Shown: positions 9,961 through 19,925 of the stretch, one piece after another
How the letters are laid out: each line of letters starts with the position of its first letter
Position numbering within the stretch: position 1 is the first letter of the stretch
From: Bacillota bacterium
GTDB lineage: Bacteria > Bacillota > Sulfobacillia > JAMDAP01 > JAJYMS01
NCBI GenBank assembly: GCA_041695105.1
Contig: JBGFRN010000305.1
Span: forward strand, 1-34,445
DNA: 34,445 nucleotides
Direction: 5' to 3'
Program-made: the position numbers and the translations under genes
Notes under the pieces: model-generated
The model's database searches: none
What the model saw: only the letters and a program-made list of their open reading frames with translations
Told to the model about the DNA's origin: nothing

Positions 9961-11937
9961 TCAGAGGATCGGGAAGATCCCCTCCGGCCAAGTTACGCCG
10001 AGAGTCCAGTTCAACAGGGCCAGGGTGCCAAGGACGCATGCTAAATAAGCAACTGCGCCCGTCCACATGCTACGGTTCATCGTCCTCAAAAAGAGGACTG
10101 TGAACAGGATCACAGCGACAATGAAGCCAACAATGTAGCTGAGAGCCACCAGACCGGCCAGCCAGCCGAACGCCACCAGCCCGCTGAGTTGCTTGTTGCT
10201 GAGGCGCACCTTGGACGGAGAGGTCCGGAGCTTCCGGTAATCAGCCACGACCAGAACAAGGCCGAGGATGGCAGCCGGGATGGCGGCAAGCATCGGTACC
10301 ATTTGTGCTTCACGACCATACCCGAACGAGCTGACAAGCGCGCCTGCGAAGACCACCAGGAGTGCCGCACTGACTGCAAACGCCCAACTGGGATCGCAAG
10401 GCTCCTCGCCATCTTCCTCCTTCTCCTCCACCGCGGCTGCAAGGGGGGCTAGTTCGTTCCTGACGTTGGCTTCCTTCTTCTGGGATCTCCAGACACTCCA
10501 CACCGTCGACAACACAAGCAGGCTGGCCATCCCCAGCACCCAGGGCCGAAGCATCCATTCACCGGGTTGGTACAGCTTTGCAGTCAGCCAGTAATAACGC
10601 TCCACCGGAAGCGCCAGCACGAAACCGATCAGCAGGGGACCACGAGGAAAGCCTGCCTGCTTCAAGACCCACCCAATGAGCCCAAGGACCACCATGAAAA
10701 CCATCTCACCGATCTGACGACTCTCGTTATAGACGCCAAGAACCATCAGCACCACCAGGCCGGGGACCAACAGGGTGAACGGCACTGACGAGAGGCGGGC
10801 CAAAGCCGGGCTGACCAAGAAGCAGATAGCGGCCCCCAGCACACTAGCGAGGGCGAAGGACCAGATGATCACATAGACCATGTCGAGGTGGTCCGTGATC
10901 ATACGGGGGCCGGGCTGGATGCCGAAGAACAGCAGGACGCCCATCAGAATGGCGGCAGGTGTGCCCCCAGGGATGTTGAAGAGCAGGGTCGGGATCAGGT
11001 CACCTGCCTCACAGGCGTTATTGGCGGCTTCCGGGGCAATCAGGCCCCGGACATCGCCCTTGCCGAACTTGCTCCGGTCCTTGGACGTGGCAACCGCCTG
11101 GCCATAGGCCATGAGTGACCCAGCAGTGGCACCGACTCCCGGCAGGACACCGGCCCAAATGCCGATCAGGGAACCCCGCAAGACCTGCCATTTATGAGTC
11201 AGAAAGTCTTGAATGCCCAGCGACCAACCGGAACCCACCGAAATCCGGTTCGCAATGGCACCACCCGTACCAAGCATCTCTGCCATTTCAGCGAGGCCAA
11301 ACACCCCGAGGGCGATAGCGATCAGCGGCAGCCCGTCCATCAGGTGCTCAAAGCCCCCGGTAAAGCGGTACTCGGCGGCGTTGGGCGCCGCACCAACCAT
11401 GCCCAGGAAGACCCCGAAGAATGCCGCGACCAGACCCTTGGCCATATTCCCCTGTGACAGGGTGGCGGCGAAGCTGATGCCCATAACGCACAACATGAAC
11501 AACTCCGGAGCGCCAAAGCTCAGGATAATGGGACGAGCGATTGGGATCGAGAGGGTAAGCCCGATAGCGCCCATAAGACCTCCGGCCATAGAAGACAGAA
11601 ACGAGACCGACAGGGCGCGGGCGGCCTGACCCTGCTTGGCCAGGGCATGGCCGTCTAGCATGGTCACAGCGGCGGAAGCTGAGCCCGGGGCACCAATCAA
11701 CACAGCGGAGATGGTGTCCGATGTATGGACGACCGCCAGGGCACCGATCATCAGCGCCAGCGCCGCCCCGGGCTCCTTCATGCCCATTGCGAATGGCAGG
11801 AGCAGTGCCGCCGCAGCGGTCCCCCCGAGGCCGGGGATTATACCGATGATGGTGCCGGAGATGACGCCAGCTACCAGCATCATCATCATCCCGGGGTCGA
11901 GGAATGAGGCGAGCGCTTGCAGGGCTGCGTCAATCAT
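9961..11937 (-). CDS. tctA: Tripartite tricarboxylate transporter large permease TctA with a C-terminal TctB-like four-helix extension (fusion)
   Basis: 658 aa. The first ~500 aa form a polytopic TctA-like permease. An acidic linker (AAVEEKEEDGEEP) follows, then ~150 aa with four hydrophobic helices. It lies next to tctC, and there is no separate tctB ORF. Confidence 0.82.
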   Translation of the reverse strand: MIDAALQALASFLDPGMMMMLVAGVISGTIIGIIPGLGGTAAAALLLPFAMGMKEPGAALALMIGALAVVHTSDTISAVLIGAPGSASAAVTMLDGHALAKQGQAARALSVSFLSSMAGGLMGAIGLTLSIPIARPIILSFGAPELFMLCVMGISFAATLSQGNMAKGLVAAFFGVFLGMVGAAPNAAEYRFTGGFEHLMDGLPLIAIALGVFGLAEMAEMLGTGGAIANRISVGSGWSLGIQDFLTHKWQVLRGSLIGIWAGVLPGVGATAGSLMAYGQAVATSKDRSKFGKGDVRGLIAPEAANNACEAGDLIPTLLFNIPGGTPAAILMGVLLFFGIQPGPRMITDHLDMVYVIIWSFALASVLGAAICFLVSPALARLSSVPFTLLVPGLVVLMVLGVYNESRQIGEMVFMVVLGLIGWVLKQAGFPRGPLLIGFVLALPVERYYWLTAKLYQPGEWMLRPWVLGMASLLVLSTVWSVWRSQKKEANVRNELAPLAAAVEEKEEDGEEPCDPSWAFAVSAALLVVFAGALVSSFGYGREAQMVPMLAAIPAAILGLVLVVADYRKLRTSPSKVRLSNKQLSGLVAFGWLAGLVALSYIVGFIVAVILFTVLFLRTMNRSMWTGAVAYLACVLGTLALLNWTLGVTWPEGIFPIL

Positions 11938-11987
11938 TACAAGCTACCCCTCCTTTACTTATTGAGTGAATCGACTCCGGAGCATGC

Positions 11988-13145
11988 TTAGAACTTCACG
12001 TTATACTTGTTTTTCAGAAGCTCGGTAACCCACTTGCGGACGTCGTCGGGAATCGCCATGGTGGAACGGAGGGCCTGCTCAACGTCCTTGCCGACCAAGG
12101 TCGGGTAACCGCCGATCACTTCCTTGCCCTTTTGAATGAATTCGGGATCCTTAGCCATATTTGCGTAGGCCTTGTAAAGCGCCTCCATAGCTTCAGTCGG
12201 AGTGCCTTCGGGCGCCCAAATAGCCTTTTGGTAGGCGAACGCAGCCGAGTTGAACGCCAGGTACGCTCGCCAGGCCGGTCCCTCTGGCTTCTTGCCGTGG
12301 ATCTTCTCATAAAGCTCGCCAACATGCATGAGATCACCGACAACGGGATCGCGCTCCAACTGTCCCTTGCTATCGATAACTCCGAAGCTGGCCAGGGGGG
12401 TAGCCTTCTGCTCCTTGATTAGCTGGATGACACTGGCCTGGTAGGCAGAGGTGGTCTGATAGTCGATGTTGGTCTCTCCGCGCTCAAATGCAAGGCGGGA
12501 AGGGCCTCTGCCCTCAAAGCCTAGCACCGTCTTAACGTTCAGCCCTAGCAATTCAAAGCTCAGGAGCGGGACCAGATCGAGGCCCGTTGCGCTGATGCCC
12601 CCGTAGGTGAGGGACTTGGGCGGCTTTCGCAACTGCTCGACCGTCGCTCCGTTTTTCGGCGAGCTGTAGAGGACCCCGCCGGTCGCATTGACGCCGGCCA
12701 GCTTCCACTTGGTAACGTTGTACTTTACTTCCGGCCGTCCGAGCATGTAGGGGAGAGTCGTTGACGCCGAAGAGGCCAGGAGCATTAACCCGTCGGGCTT
12801 GGCATTCTGCTGGAACCAGTTGGCTCCAATAATGCTTTCGCCGCCAACCATGTTTCTGATGACGATCTTGGGGTTGCCTTCGATGTGCTTTTCCAGGTAC
12901 GGAGCGACAAAGCGTGCGTACAGATCCGTTCCGCCGCCTGCAGCAAAGGGCACCACTAGCTCGATGGTCTTCCCCTGGTAATACGGAGTGGCGGAAGCCT
13001 TGGGCTGTGTGTTCGGGTTGGCGGCAGGTGCCTGCTTCTCCTGAGCCTTCAGGGCGTTACAGCCCGAGAAGGCCACGGCCAGCAATACGGCGACCAGCGT
13101 CAGAGCCAGCGAGCGGACCCGTTTCCGTGAAGTATCAAACGTCAT
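11988..13145 (-). CDS. tctC: Tripartite tricarboxylate transporter substrate-binding lipoprotein (TctC/Bug family)
   Basis: 385 aa. It has a signal peptide with lipobox AFSGC. The mature part contains Bug-like motifs (VVPFAAGGGTDLYAR). It is adjacent to tctA. Confidence 0.8.
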   Translation of the reverse strand: MTFDTSRKRVRSLALTLVAVLLAVAFSGCNALKAQEKQAPAANPNTQPKASATPYYQGKTIELVVPFAAGGGTDLYARFVAPYLEKHIEGNPKIVIRNMVGGESIIGANWFQQNAKPDGLMLLASSASTTLPYMLGRPEVKYNVTKWKLAGVNATGGVLYSSPKNGATVEQLRKPPKSLTYGGISATGLDLVPLLSFELLGLNVKTVLGFEGRGPSRLAFERGETNIDYQTTSAYQASVIQLIKEQKATPLASFGVIDSKGQLERDPVVGDLMHVGELYEKIHGKKPEGPAWRAYLAFNSAAFAYQKAIWAPEGTPTEAMEALYKAYANMAKDPEFIQKGKEVIGGYPTLVGKDVEQALRSTMAIPDDVRKWVTELLKNKYNVKF

Positions 13146-13186
13146 CTGCTATTCCCCCCATGTGTTAATATTTTGACTGGTAGTGC

Positions 13187-14356
13187 TTAGGGCAGTAATG
13201 CCTTATTGAGTAAAGCGAGCCTGGCTTCGGGCAGGTAAGCGGTACCGGCCATAATGCGACGTGCTGTGCGGCTGGTCACAGCGCGGGTGAGGCGATACTC
13301 TTCGCCTTCCTTCCGGACAGTCACCTCACATTCCAGCGAACCGCTGGGATGCCCAAGCCTGAACACTGGCAGGCAGGTCAGATCAGCCACCTCGGCCACC
13401 GCAGTCCCGGGGATGGCGGCTGCCGTAGCGGTACAGATTGCCGCGCTGATGGCGTAGGCTTTGTGCGGCTTCTGCATTGACATCATTCGGGCGGTGACGT
13501 GGATATCCGCTGCCGAGACGGTGCTACCGTCAATGGTCCGGTAGGACATAGGCGGAGCAACGACTGCCACCTTGGGCAGCGAAGGCACCCGCTCGGTCGC
13601 CACGCGCCAATCGGGAACGAAGCCGAGCCACTCGCAGGCATGACTGCGGATCTCTTCTAGGGCCTTTGTAGCACCGCACTTAATGATCAATTCCTTCGGT
13701 AATTCCATCCCGCTGAGGCCCAGTTCGGAGGCAAAAACGAAGACGGTTGGGTTTCCTGCGTCCACCAGGGAGACGGTATAGGTGCCACTGGGGGTTTTCA
13801 TGGTTTCCCAGGGGTTCCCGGTAGGCAGCAGACGGCCCGTCTTGGCCCCGCCGAGGCCCTTGTAATCAAGCGCGATGCGGCTACCAGTTCCCGGCACCCC
13901 GCTGATAGCCAAGCTGCCTTCGCTCTGGAACTGGCCGTTCCGGGTCGGCACTTCCGCCACCACGATAGCTCCCGTGTTTATGTCCTGGATGCGGACGACG
14001 GTGATCCCCTCAACTGGCGCCACGAGCCCCTCATCCAGGGCGAACGGCGCTACCGCGGAGATCAGATTGCCGCAGGTGCCTGCCCGGTCCACCAGGGGCC
14101 GGGTGATGCTGACCTGCCCAAAGCGGAAATCGACGTCGGCCTCAGGGAGTTCCGAACGGCTGACAACGGCCACTTTGCTGGTGAGCGAGTCCCCCCCGCC
14201 CAGTCCATCAATCTGCCGTAGGTCGGGACTCCCAAAAAGGGCCAAAATAATTTGGTCCTGCGTTTCCAGATTTTCCGGCAATACCTCCTTACGCAGAAAT
14301 ATTCCTTTGCTCGTCCCGCCACGGTAAATGGCACAAGGTATTGTGTTTCCTACCAA
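13187..14356 (-). CDS. PrpF-family isomerase (2-methylaconitate/aconitate isomerase, methylitaconate isomerase-like)
   Basis: The PrpF N-terminal hallmark IPCAIYRGGTSKG is present, and the length is ~390 aa. I place the start at TTG 14356-14354, preceded by AAGGGGGG. The longer track ORF (GTG at 14443) runs through a terminator hairpin. Confidence 0.8.
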   Translation of the reverse strand: MVGNTIPCAIYRGGTSKGIFLRKEVLPENLETQDQIILALFGSPDLRQIDGLGGGDSLTSKVAVVSRSELPEADVDFRFGQVSITRPLVDRAGTCGNLISAVAPFALDEGLVAPVEGITVVRIQDINTGAIVVAEVPTRNGQFQSEGSLAISGVPGTGSRIALDYKGLGGAKTGRLLPTGNPWETMKTPSGTYTVSLVDAGNPTVFVFASELGLSGMELPKELIIKCGATKALEEIRSHACEWLGFVPDWRVATERVPSLPKVAVVAPPMSYRTIDGSTVSAADIHVTARMMSMQKPHKAYAISAAICTATAAAIPGTAVAEVADLTCLPVFRLGHPSGSLECEVTVRKEGEEYRLTRAVTSRTARRIMAGTAYLPEARLALLNKALLP

Positions 14357-14400
14357 GACCCAGCCCCCCTTGGTAACTAAGAACCGTCGTGGGCGGGCAT

Positions 14401-14431
14401 AAAAAAACAGCCCGCAGTAATGACGGGCTGG
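14401..14431 (-). terminator. Rho-independent terminator (minus strand) downstream of the DUF3870-like gene
   Basis: On the minus strand the sequence reads cagcccg-tcattactg-cgggctg followed by TTTTTTT. Confidence 0.65.
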
Positions 14432-14561
14432 CTTTGTCCACACTCCTGCATCCTCGGTTGTACCCGACTAGCCGTGTGGAAAACAGCTATTGAAGATTGT
14501 TAATTCAACCTATTTAGTCGAAGTCCTGCTTATTAAATAAATCTTAACAAAAAAAATGAAT

Positions 14562-14897
14562 CTACACCTGGCCTTCGGACCGGCTTGCCTTCAATACCGG
14601 CCAGCGCCGCCACAAATCCTTGGTCGCGGCCACCAGTGCGTTCTGAGCCGCCCCATGGTAGCAGTCTCGGATCTCATGCAACACCACATCCACGTTATCG
14701 TTTAGGCTCCGCCCAACTAAGATCCGGGAAAAGAAATCTCTGCCGTGATCAGTTATCAGTGATGCCGTTGAACGGAGGATCACTCCATACTGGGTCTCAG
14801 CCTCCGCCGTTACGGCCAGCGTATCGAAGAGACCTTTGGCCGCCATCCCCTGGGGCAGCGCTGCGTGTCCAACCAGGTAGACCGTGCCAACTGGCAT
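14562..14897 (-). CDS. Small conserved hypothetical protein, DUF3870-like
   Basis: 111 aa. The pattern TVYLVGHAALPQG....YHGAAQNALVAATK recalls DUF3870 proteins of Firmicutes. This assignment is from memory of the family and is not verified. Confidence 0.5.
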   Translation of the reverse strand: MPVGTVYLVGHAALPQGMAAKGLFDTLAVTAEAETQYGVILRSTASLITDHGRDFFSRILVGRSLNDNVDVVLHEIRDCYHGAAQNALVAATKDLWRRWPVLKASRSEGQV

Positions 14898-15000
14898 GAT
14901 TCGAGCCTCCCGATATTATCAGTATATAGTACCGACAGATTCATCCTTAGTTGCGGATATTCCTTCGTCAAATCTTAAGTTTTCCGGCCCAGCTTGTTCG

Positions 15001-15882
15001 TCAGAGAATTCGCTCGCCCAGCGCCGCCGCGATCAGGCTGACCGCCAGCTCGCCGGTGGCGTTTTTCTGATCCAAGATCGGGTTCAGTTCTACCATGTCG
15101 ACCGAAGTTACGACCCCGGCCTCGGCGATCAGCTCTAAAGCCAGGAAGGCCTCTCGATAAGAGAGCCCGCCCTTCACCGGGGTGCCGACGCCAGGCGCGA
15201 TATCGGGGTCGAGGCAGTCGAGGTCAAAGCTGAGATGAGCCTTCGGACCGACCATGCGGAGGGCTTCTTCGACCACCGGGCCCATCCCGTAACGGTCGAT
15301 TTCGTGCATGGTGTACACGGTTACGCCCAGGTCACGCAGCAGCTTCTTCTCCCCCTGGTCGACCGAGCGCAGGCCGATCAGTGCCGTCCTTTGGGGCTCG
15401 ATGGCCGCCTGGCTAAAAAACTGAAGGCCCAGCAGGGCCGCCAGGCTCATGCCGTGGATGTTTCCGGAAGGAGTGGTCTTTTCGGTGTTGCAGTCACCAT
15501 GGGCGTCAAAATAAAGCAGGCCAGCCCCCGGGTTGGCGCGTATCGCCGCCCGGATGCTCCCAATGGCCAGACTGTGGTCGCCCCCGAGCACGACCGGCAG
15601 CCGCCCCTGCTCGAAGCTGTCATAACAGACCGACTCGAGGCGCTTGCAGACGTCCAGGATCTCGGTCTCAAACTTGAGCTTCGATCCGGGGGCCGGCCCG
15701 GGCAGGCTCTCAACCACCGGAACCTCAAGGTTCCCGGCATCGAGCACATCCAGGCCCACTGATTCCAACCGCTTCTGGAGCATGGCGTAGCGAATGGCGC
15801 TCGGGCCCATGTCGACCCCCCGGCGCCCGGCCCCAAGGTCCATCGGGGCCCCGATAACAGTAACTTTAGGCTTTAACGGCAC
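15001..15882 (-). CDS. rocF: Arginase (ureohydrolase family)
   Basis: 293 aa, collinear with Bacillus arginase. Matching motifs: VIGAPMDLGAGRRGVDMGPSAIRY, GGDHSLAIG, YFDAHGDCNT, SGNIHGMSLA, SFDLDCLDP..APGVGTP. It starts 28 nt after the upstream ABC ATPase gene. Confidence 0.88.
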   Translation of the reverse strand: MPLKPKVTVIGAPMDLGAGRRGVDMGPSAIRYAMLQKRLESVGLDVLDAGNLEVPVVESLPGPAPGSKLKFETEILDVCKRLESVCYDSFEQGRLPVVLGGDHSLAIGSIRAAIRANPGAGLLYFDAHGDCNTEKTTPSGNIHGMSLAALLGLQFFSQAAIEPQRTALIGLRSVDQGEKKLLRDLGVTVYTMHEIDRYGMGPVVEEALRMVGPKAHLSFDLDCLDPDIAPGVGTPVKGGLSYREAFLALELIAEAGVVTSVDMVELNPILDQKNATGELAVSLIAAALGERIL

Positions 15883-15910
15883 GCCGGTTTTTCACCTCGG
15901 TCCAAATTTA

Positions 15911-16890
15911 TCATATCAGGTGACACGCCACCAACCGTCCCCCGCCTCGACCGTCCCCGCCGGCCTCGCGCAGCTCGGGCTCTTCCGAACGGCAGCGCTC
16001 GACCGCATAGCGGCAGCGGGGATTAAAACGGCACCCTGACGGGGGGTTGACCGGACTCGGGACGTCGCCTTCAAGGATAATCCGCTCCCGCTTGGCGGTC
16101 GGGTTGGGCACCGGGATGGCCGACATTAGGGCCTGAGTGTAGGGATGGAGCGGCCGCTGGTAAATGTCGTCCGAACCGGCCAGCTCAACCAGCTTGCCGA
16201 GATACATCACCCCGACCCGGTCACTCAGGTGCTTGACCGTGGACAGGCCGTGGGCGATGAAGACGTAAGTCAGACCCATCTTCTCCTGCAGGTCCGACAA
16301 CAGGTTCAGGATCTGCGACTGGATCGAAACGTCCAGGGCCGAGACCGGCTCGTCGCAGACGACCAGCTTCGGGTTCAGGGCCAGGGCCCGGGCGATGCCG
16401 GCCCGCTGGCGCTGACCGCCCGAGAACTCGTGCGGGTAACGGTTCAGGTGGAAGGCCGAAAGGCCAACCAACTCGAACAGTTCCTTGACCCGCTCGCGCT
16501 TGGCCGCGCCCCGGGCGATCCCGTGGATCTCCAGGGCCTCGCCGGCGATCTCGCCGACCGGCATCCTCGGGTTCAGAGAGGCGTACGGGTCCTGAAAGAT
16601 GAGCTGCATCTGTCGGCGCTGGAGGCGAAGCCGCTCCTTATCCATTGTAAAGATGTCCCGGCCTTCGAAGATAACCGCCCCCGAGGTGGGCTCGGTCAGC
16701 CGGAGCATCACCTTGGCCAGGGTGGTTTTCCCGCAGCCAGACTCACCGACCAGGCCCAGCGTCTCGCCCCGGCGAACGTCAAAGCTGATCCCGTCGACGG
16801 CCCGCACCGGTCCAAAGTGCTTGACCACGTCCCTCGCCATAAGGATGTTTGCCCCGGCGGTCACGGCCCCGGCGCGCGCCACTTCGGTCT

Positions 16891-16894
<4 letters not shown>
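15911..16894 (-). CDS. Oligopeptide/dipeptide ABC transporter ATP-binding protein (OppF/DppF type)
   Basis: 327 aa. Walker [10 protein letters not shown], the signature FSGGQRQR, and the C-terminal oligopeptide-type Cys motif are present. It overlaps the upstream ATPase gene by 4 nt. Confidence 0.9.
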
Positions 16895-17925
<1,031 letters not shown>

Positions 17926-17938
17926 CGGACACCTCCTC

Positions 17939-18847
17939 CTACTGCTTCAGCCGGGGGTCAAGGGCGTCGCGTAGCCCATCCCCGACCAGGTTGATTGACA
18001 GAACGGTGACAAAGATGGTCAGTCCCGGGAAGAGGGCCGTCCACCAATTGAAGCGGAAGTAGTCCTGGGCCTCGAAAAGCATGTTGCCCCAACTGGCCAT
18101 CGGGGGCTGAACTCCCAGACCGAGGAAGCTCAGGGCCGCCTCGACCAAAATCGAGCCAGCCACGCCAAGCGTGGCGGCGACCACAATCGGGGCCATGGCG
18201 TTGGGCAGGATGTGGCGAAAGATAATCCGGGCGTCCGAGGCGCCCAGGGCCCGGGCGGCTTCGACGTAGTCGCGGGTCCGCAGCGTGAGAAATTCTCCCC
18301 GCACCAGACGGGCGATCCGGGGCCAACCGGTCAGGCCGATCACGGCCATGATGTTAAAGATGCTCGGTTTAAGCAGGGCGGCCACGGTGATGATCAGCAT
18401 CAGAGCCGGGAACGAAAAGACCATATCGGTGAAGCGCATCAGGAGGTTGTCGACGGTACCGCCATAATATCCGGAGATCACCCCGACCAGGATGCCGGCC
18501 GTCAGCCCGATTCCCATGGCTACAAAGCCGATCGAAAGCGAAATTCGGGAACCGTGGATGATCCGGCTCAAAATGTCGCGCCCGAGGTTGTCGGTCCCAA
18601 GAAGGTAAGGCTGCCCGTCGACTTGGCTGACGTAACCCGGAGGCTTGAGGCGGTCGGACAGAATCTGGGCGTTCGGATCGCGTGGGGCCAGGTACGGGGC
18701 AAGAATGGCCACGGCGTAGAAGAGGAGCATAACCAGGGCGGCCAATACAGCCAGCCGGTTTTTTTTGAACTGCCTCCAAAAAACGCGCCTCGGGGTACCG
18801 CTTTGAGCGGCCTGATTAAACTGGATCACCTGCGAGGACTGAGGCAA
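17939..18847 (-). CDS. Peptide ABC transporter permease (OppC/DppC type)
   Basis: 302 aa polytopic protein with a BPD-transporter EAA-type loop ([21 protein letters not shown]). Confidence 0.88.
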   Translation of the reverse strand: MPQSSQVIQFNQAAQSGTPRRVFWRQFKKNRLAVLAALVMLLFYAVAILAPYLAPRDPNAQILSDRLKPPGYVSQVDGQPYLLGTDNLGRDILSRIIHGSRISLSIGFVAMGIGLTAGILVGVISGYYGGTVDNLLMRFTDMVFSFPALMLIITVAALLKPSIFNIMAVIGLTGWPRIARLVRGEFLTLRTRDYVEAARALGASDARIIFRHILPNAMAPIVVAATLGVAGSILVEAALSFLGLGVQPPMASWGNMLFEAQDYFRFNWWTALFPGLTIFVTVLSINLVGDGLRDALDPRLKQ

Positions 18848-18881
18848 GCCGTCACCCCCAAGGCTAGCTGTATCGGATCCG

Positions 18882-19832
18882 CTAGCTATATCGGACCCGC
18901 GGGTCGACCAGGGCGTAGAGCAGATCGGCGATGAAGTTACCGATCACCACGGCCACGGCCGAAAGTACGGTCAGGGCCATCAGGACCGGGTAGTCGCGGG
19001 CGCCGGCGGCCGTGATCATCAGGCGGCCGAGCCCCGGCCAGGCAAAGATCGTCTCCGTAACGACCGCTCCGCTGACCAGCATCGGAATCGACATCCCGAA
19101 GAGGGTCACAACCGGGATCATGGCGTTGCGCAGGGCATGCTTGTAAATCACGATTTGTTCGGACAGGCCCTTGGCCCGGGCGGTCCGGACGTAGTCCTGG
19201 CGGATGATCTCAACCATCGAAGACCGCACGTAGCGCGAATACCCGGCGATGCTGTCAATTCCCAGCACCAGGGCCGGCATGGCCAGGTGCTTGATCCGGT
19301 CGGCCAGGGAAAAGGGCTCGCCCAAGGTGTACATGCCGCTGGTCGGCAGCCAGCCGAGCTGGACCGAAAAGACTAGGATCGTCATCAGACCGAACCAGAA
19401 GACCGGCATCGAGACTCCGAAGAGCGAGCCGAGCGTCACCAGATGATCGATCCATGAATACTGCCTGACGGCGCTGATCACTCCAATCGGGATGGCCAGG
19501 CCGAAGGCGATCACCAGGGAGGTTCCGGTCAATAATAGGGTCGCCGGAAGCCGGTCGGCAATTTCCTCGGCCACCGGGCGCCCGCTCAGAAACGAGGTGC
19601 CGAAGTCCCCCCGCAGAAAAGACCAGACCCATTTAAAATATTGAATATGAAGCGGCTGGTCCAGGCCGAAATTGGCCCGGATCCGGTCGATGTCCAGGGC
19701 CGTCATCTTTGGATTGAAGAAGAGCGAGGTCGGGTCGCCCGGCGCGCTGTGGATAATCAGAAAAGAGATGACCGAGATTCCGATCAGGAGCGGGATCATC
19801 TGCAGGAGCCGCTTGACCAGGAACTTCCCCAA
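18882..19832 (-). CDS. Peptide ABC transporter permease (OppB/DppB type)
   Basis: The N-terminus GKFLVKRLLQMIPLLIGISVISF is typical of this family. I prefer TTG at 19832, preceded by GAAGGGGGA, over the track ATG at 19850. Confidence 0.86.
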   Translation of the reverse strand: MGKFLVKRLLQMIPLLIGISVISFLIIHSAPGDPTSLFFNPKMTALDIDRIRANFGLDQPLHIQYFKWVWSFLRGDFGTSFLSGRPVAEEIADRLPATLLLTGTSLVIAFGLAIPIGVISAVRQYSWIDHLVTLGSLFGVSMPVFWFGLMTILVFSVQLGWLPTSGMYTLGEPFSLADRIKHLAMPALVLGIDSIAGYSRYVRSSMVEIIRQDYVRTARAKGLSEQIVIYKHALRNAMIPVVTLFGMSIPMLVSGAVVTETIFAWPGLGRLMITAAGARDYPVLMALTVLSAVAVVIGNFIADLLYALVDPRVRYS

Positions 19833-19925
19833 GAGACATCCCCCTTCCATCGTACCTACATTTTACCATGAAAAACGGGGCTGCCCCTGACTTTTGGGAC
19901 AACCCCAGATCTTCACAGGCACAGG

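Noticed and set aside
14357-14443. N-terminal 29-codon extension of the PrpF-family ORF (GTG at 14443)
   Set aside because: The extension would be translated through the terminator hairpin and T-run, and it has no SD. The PrpF homology begins right after the TTG at 14356, which has a strong SD.
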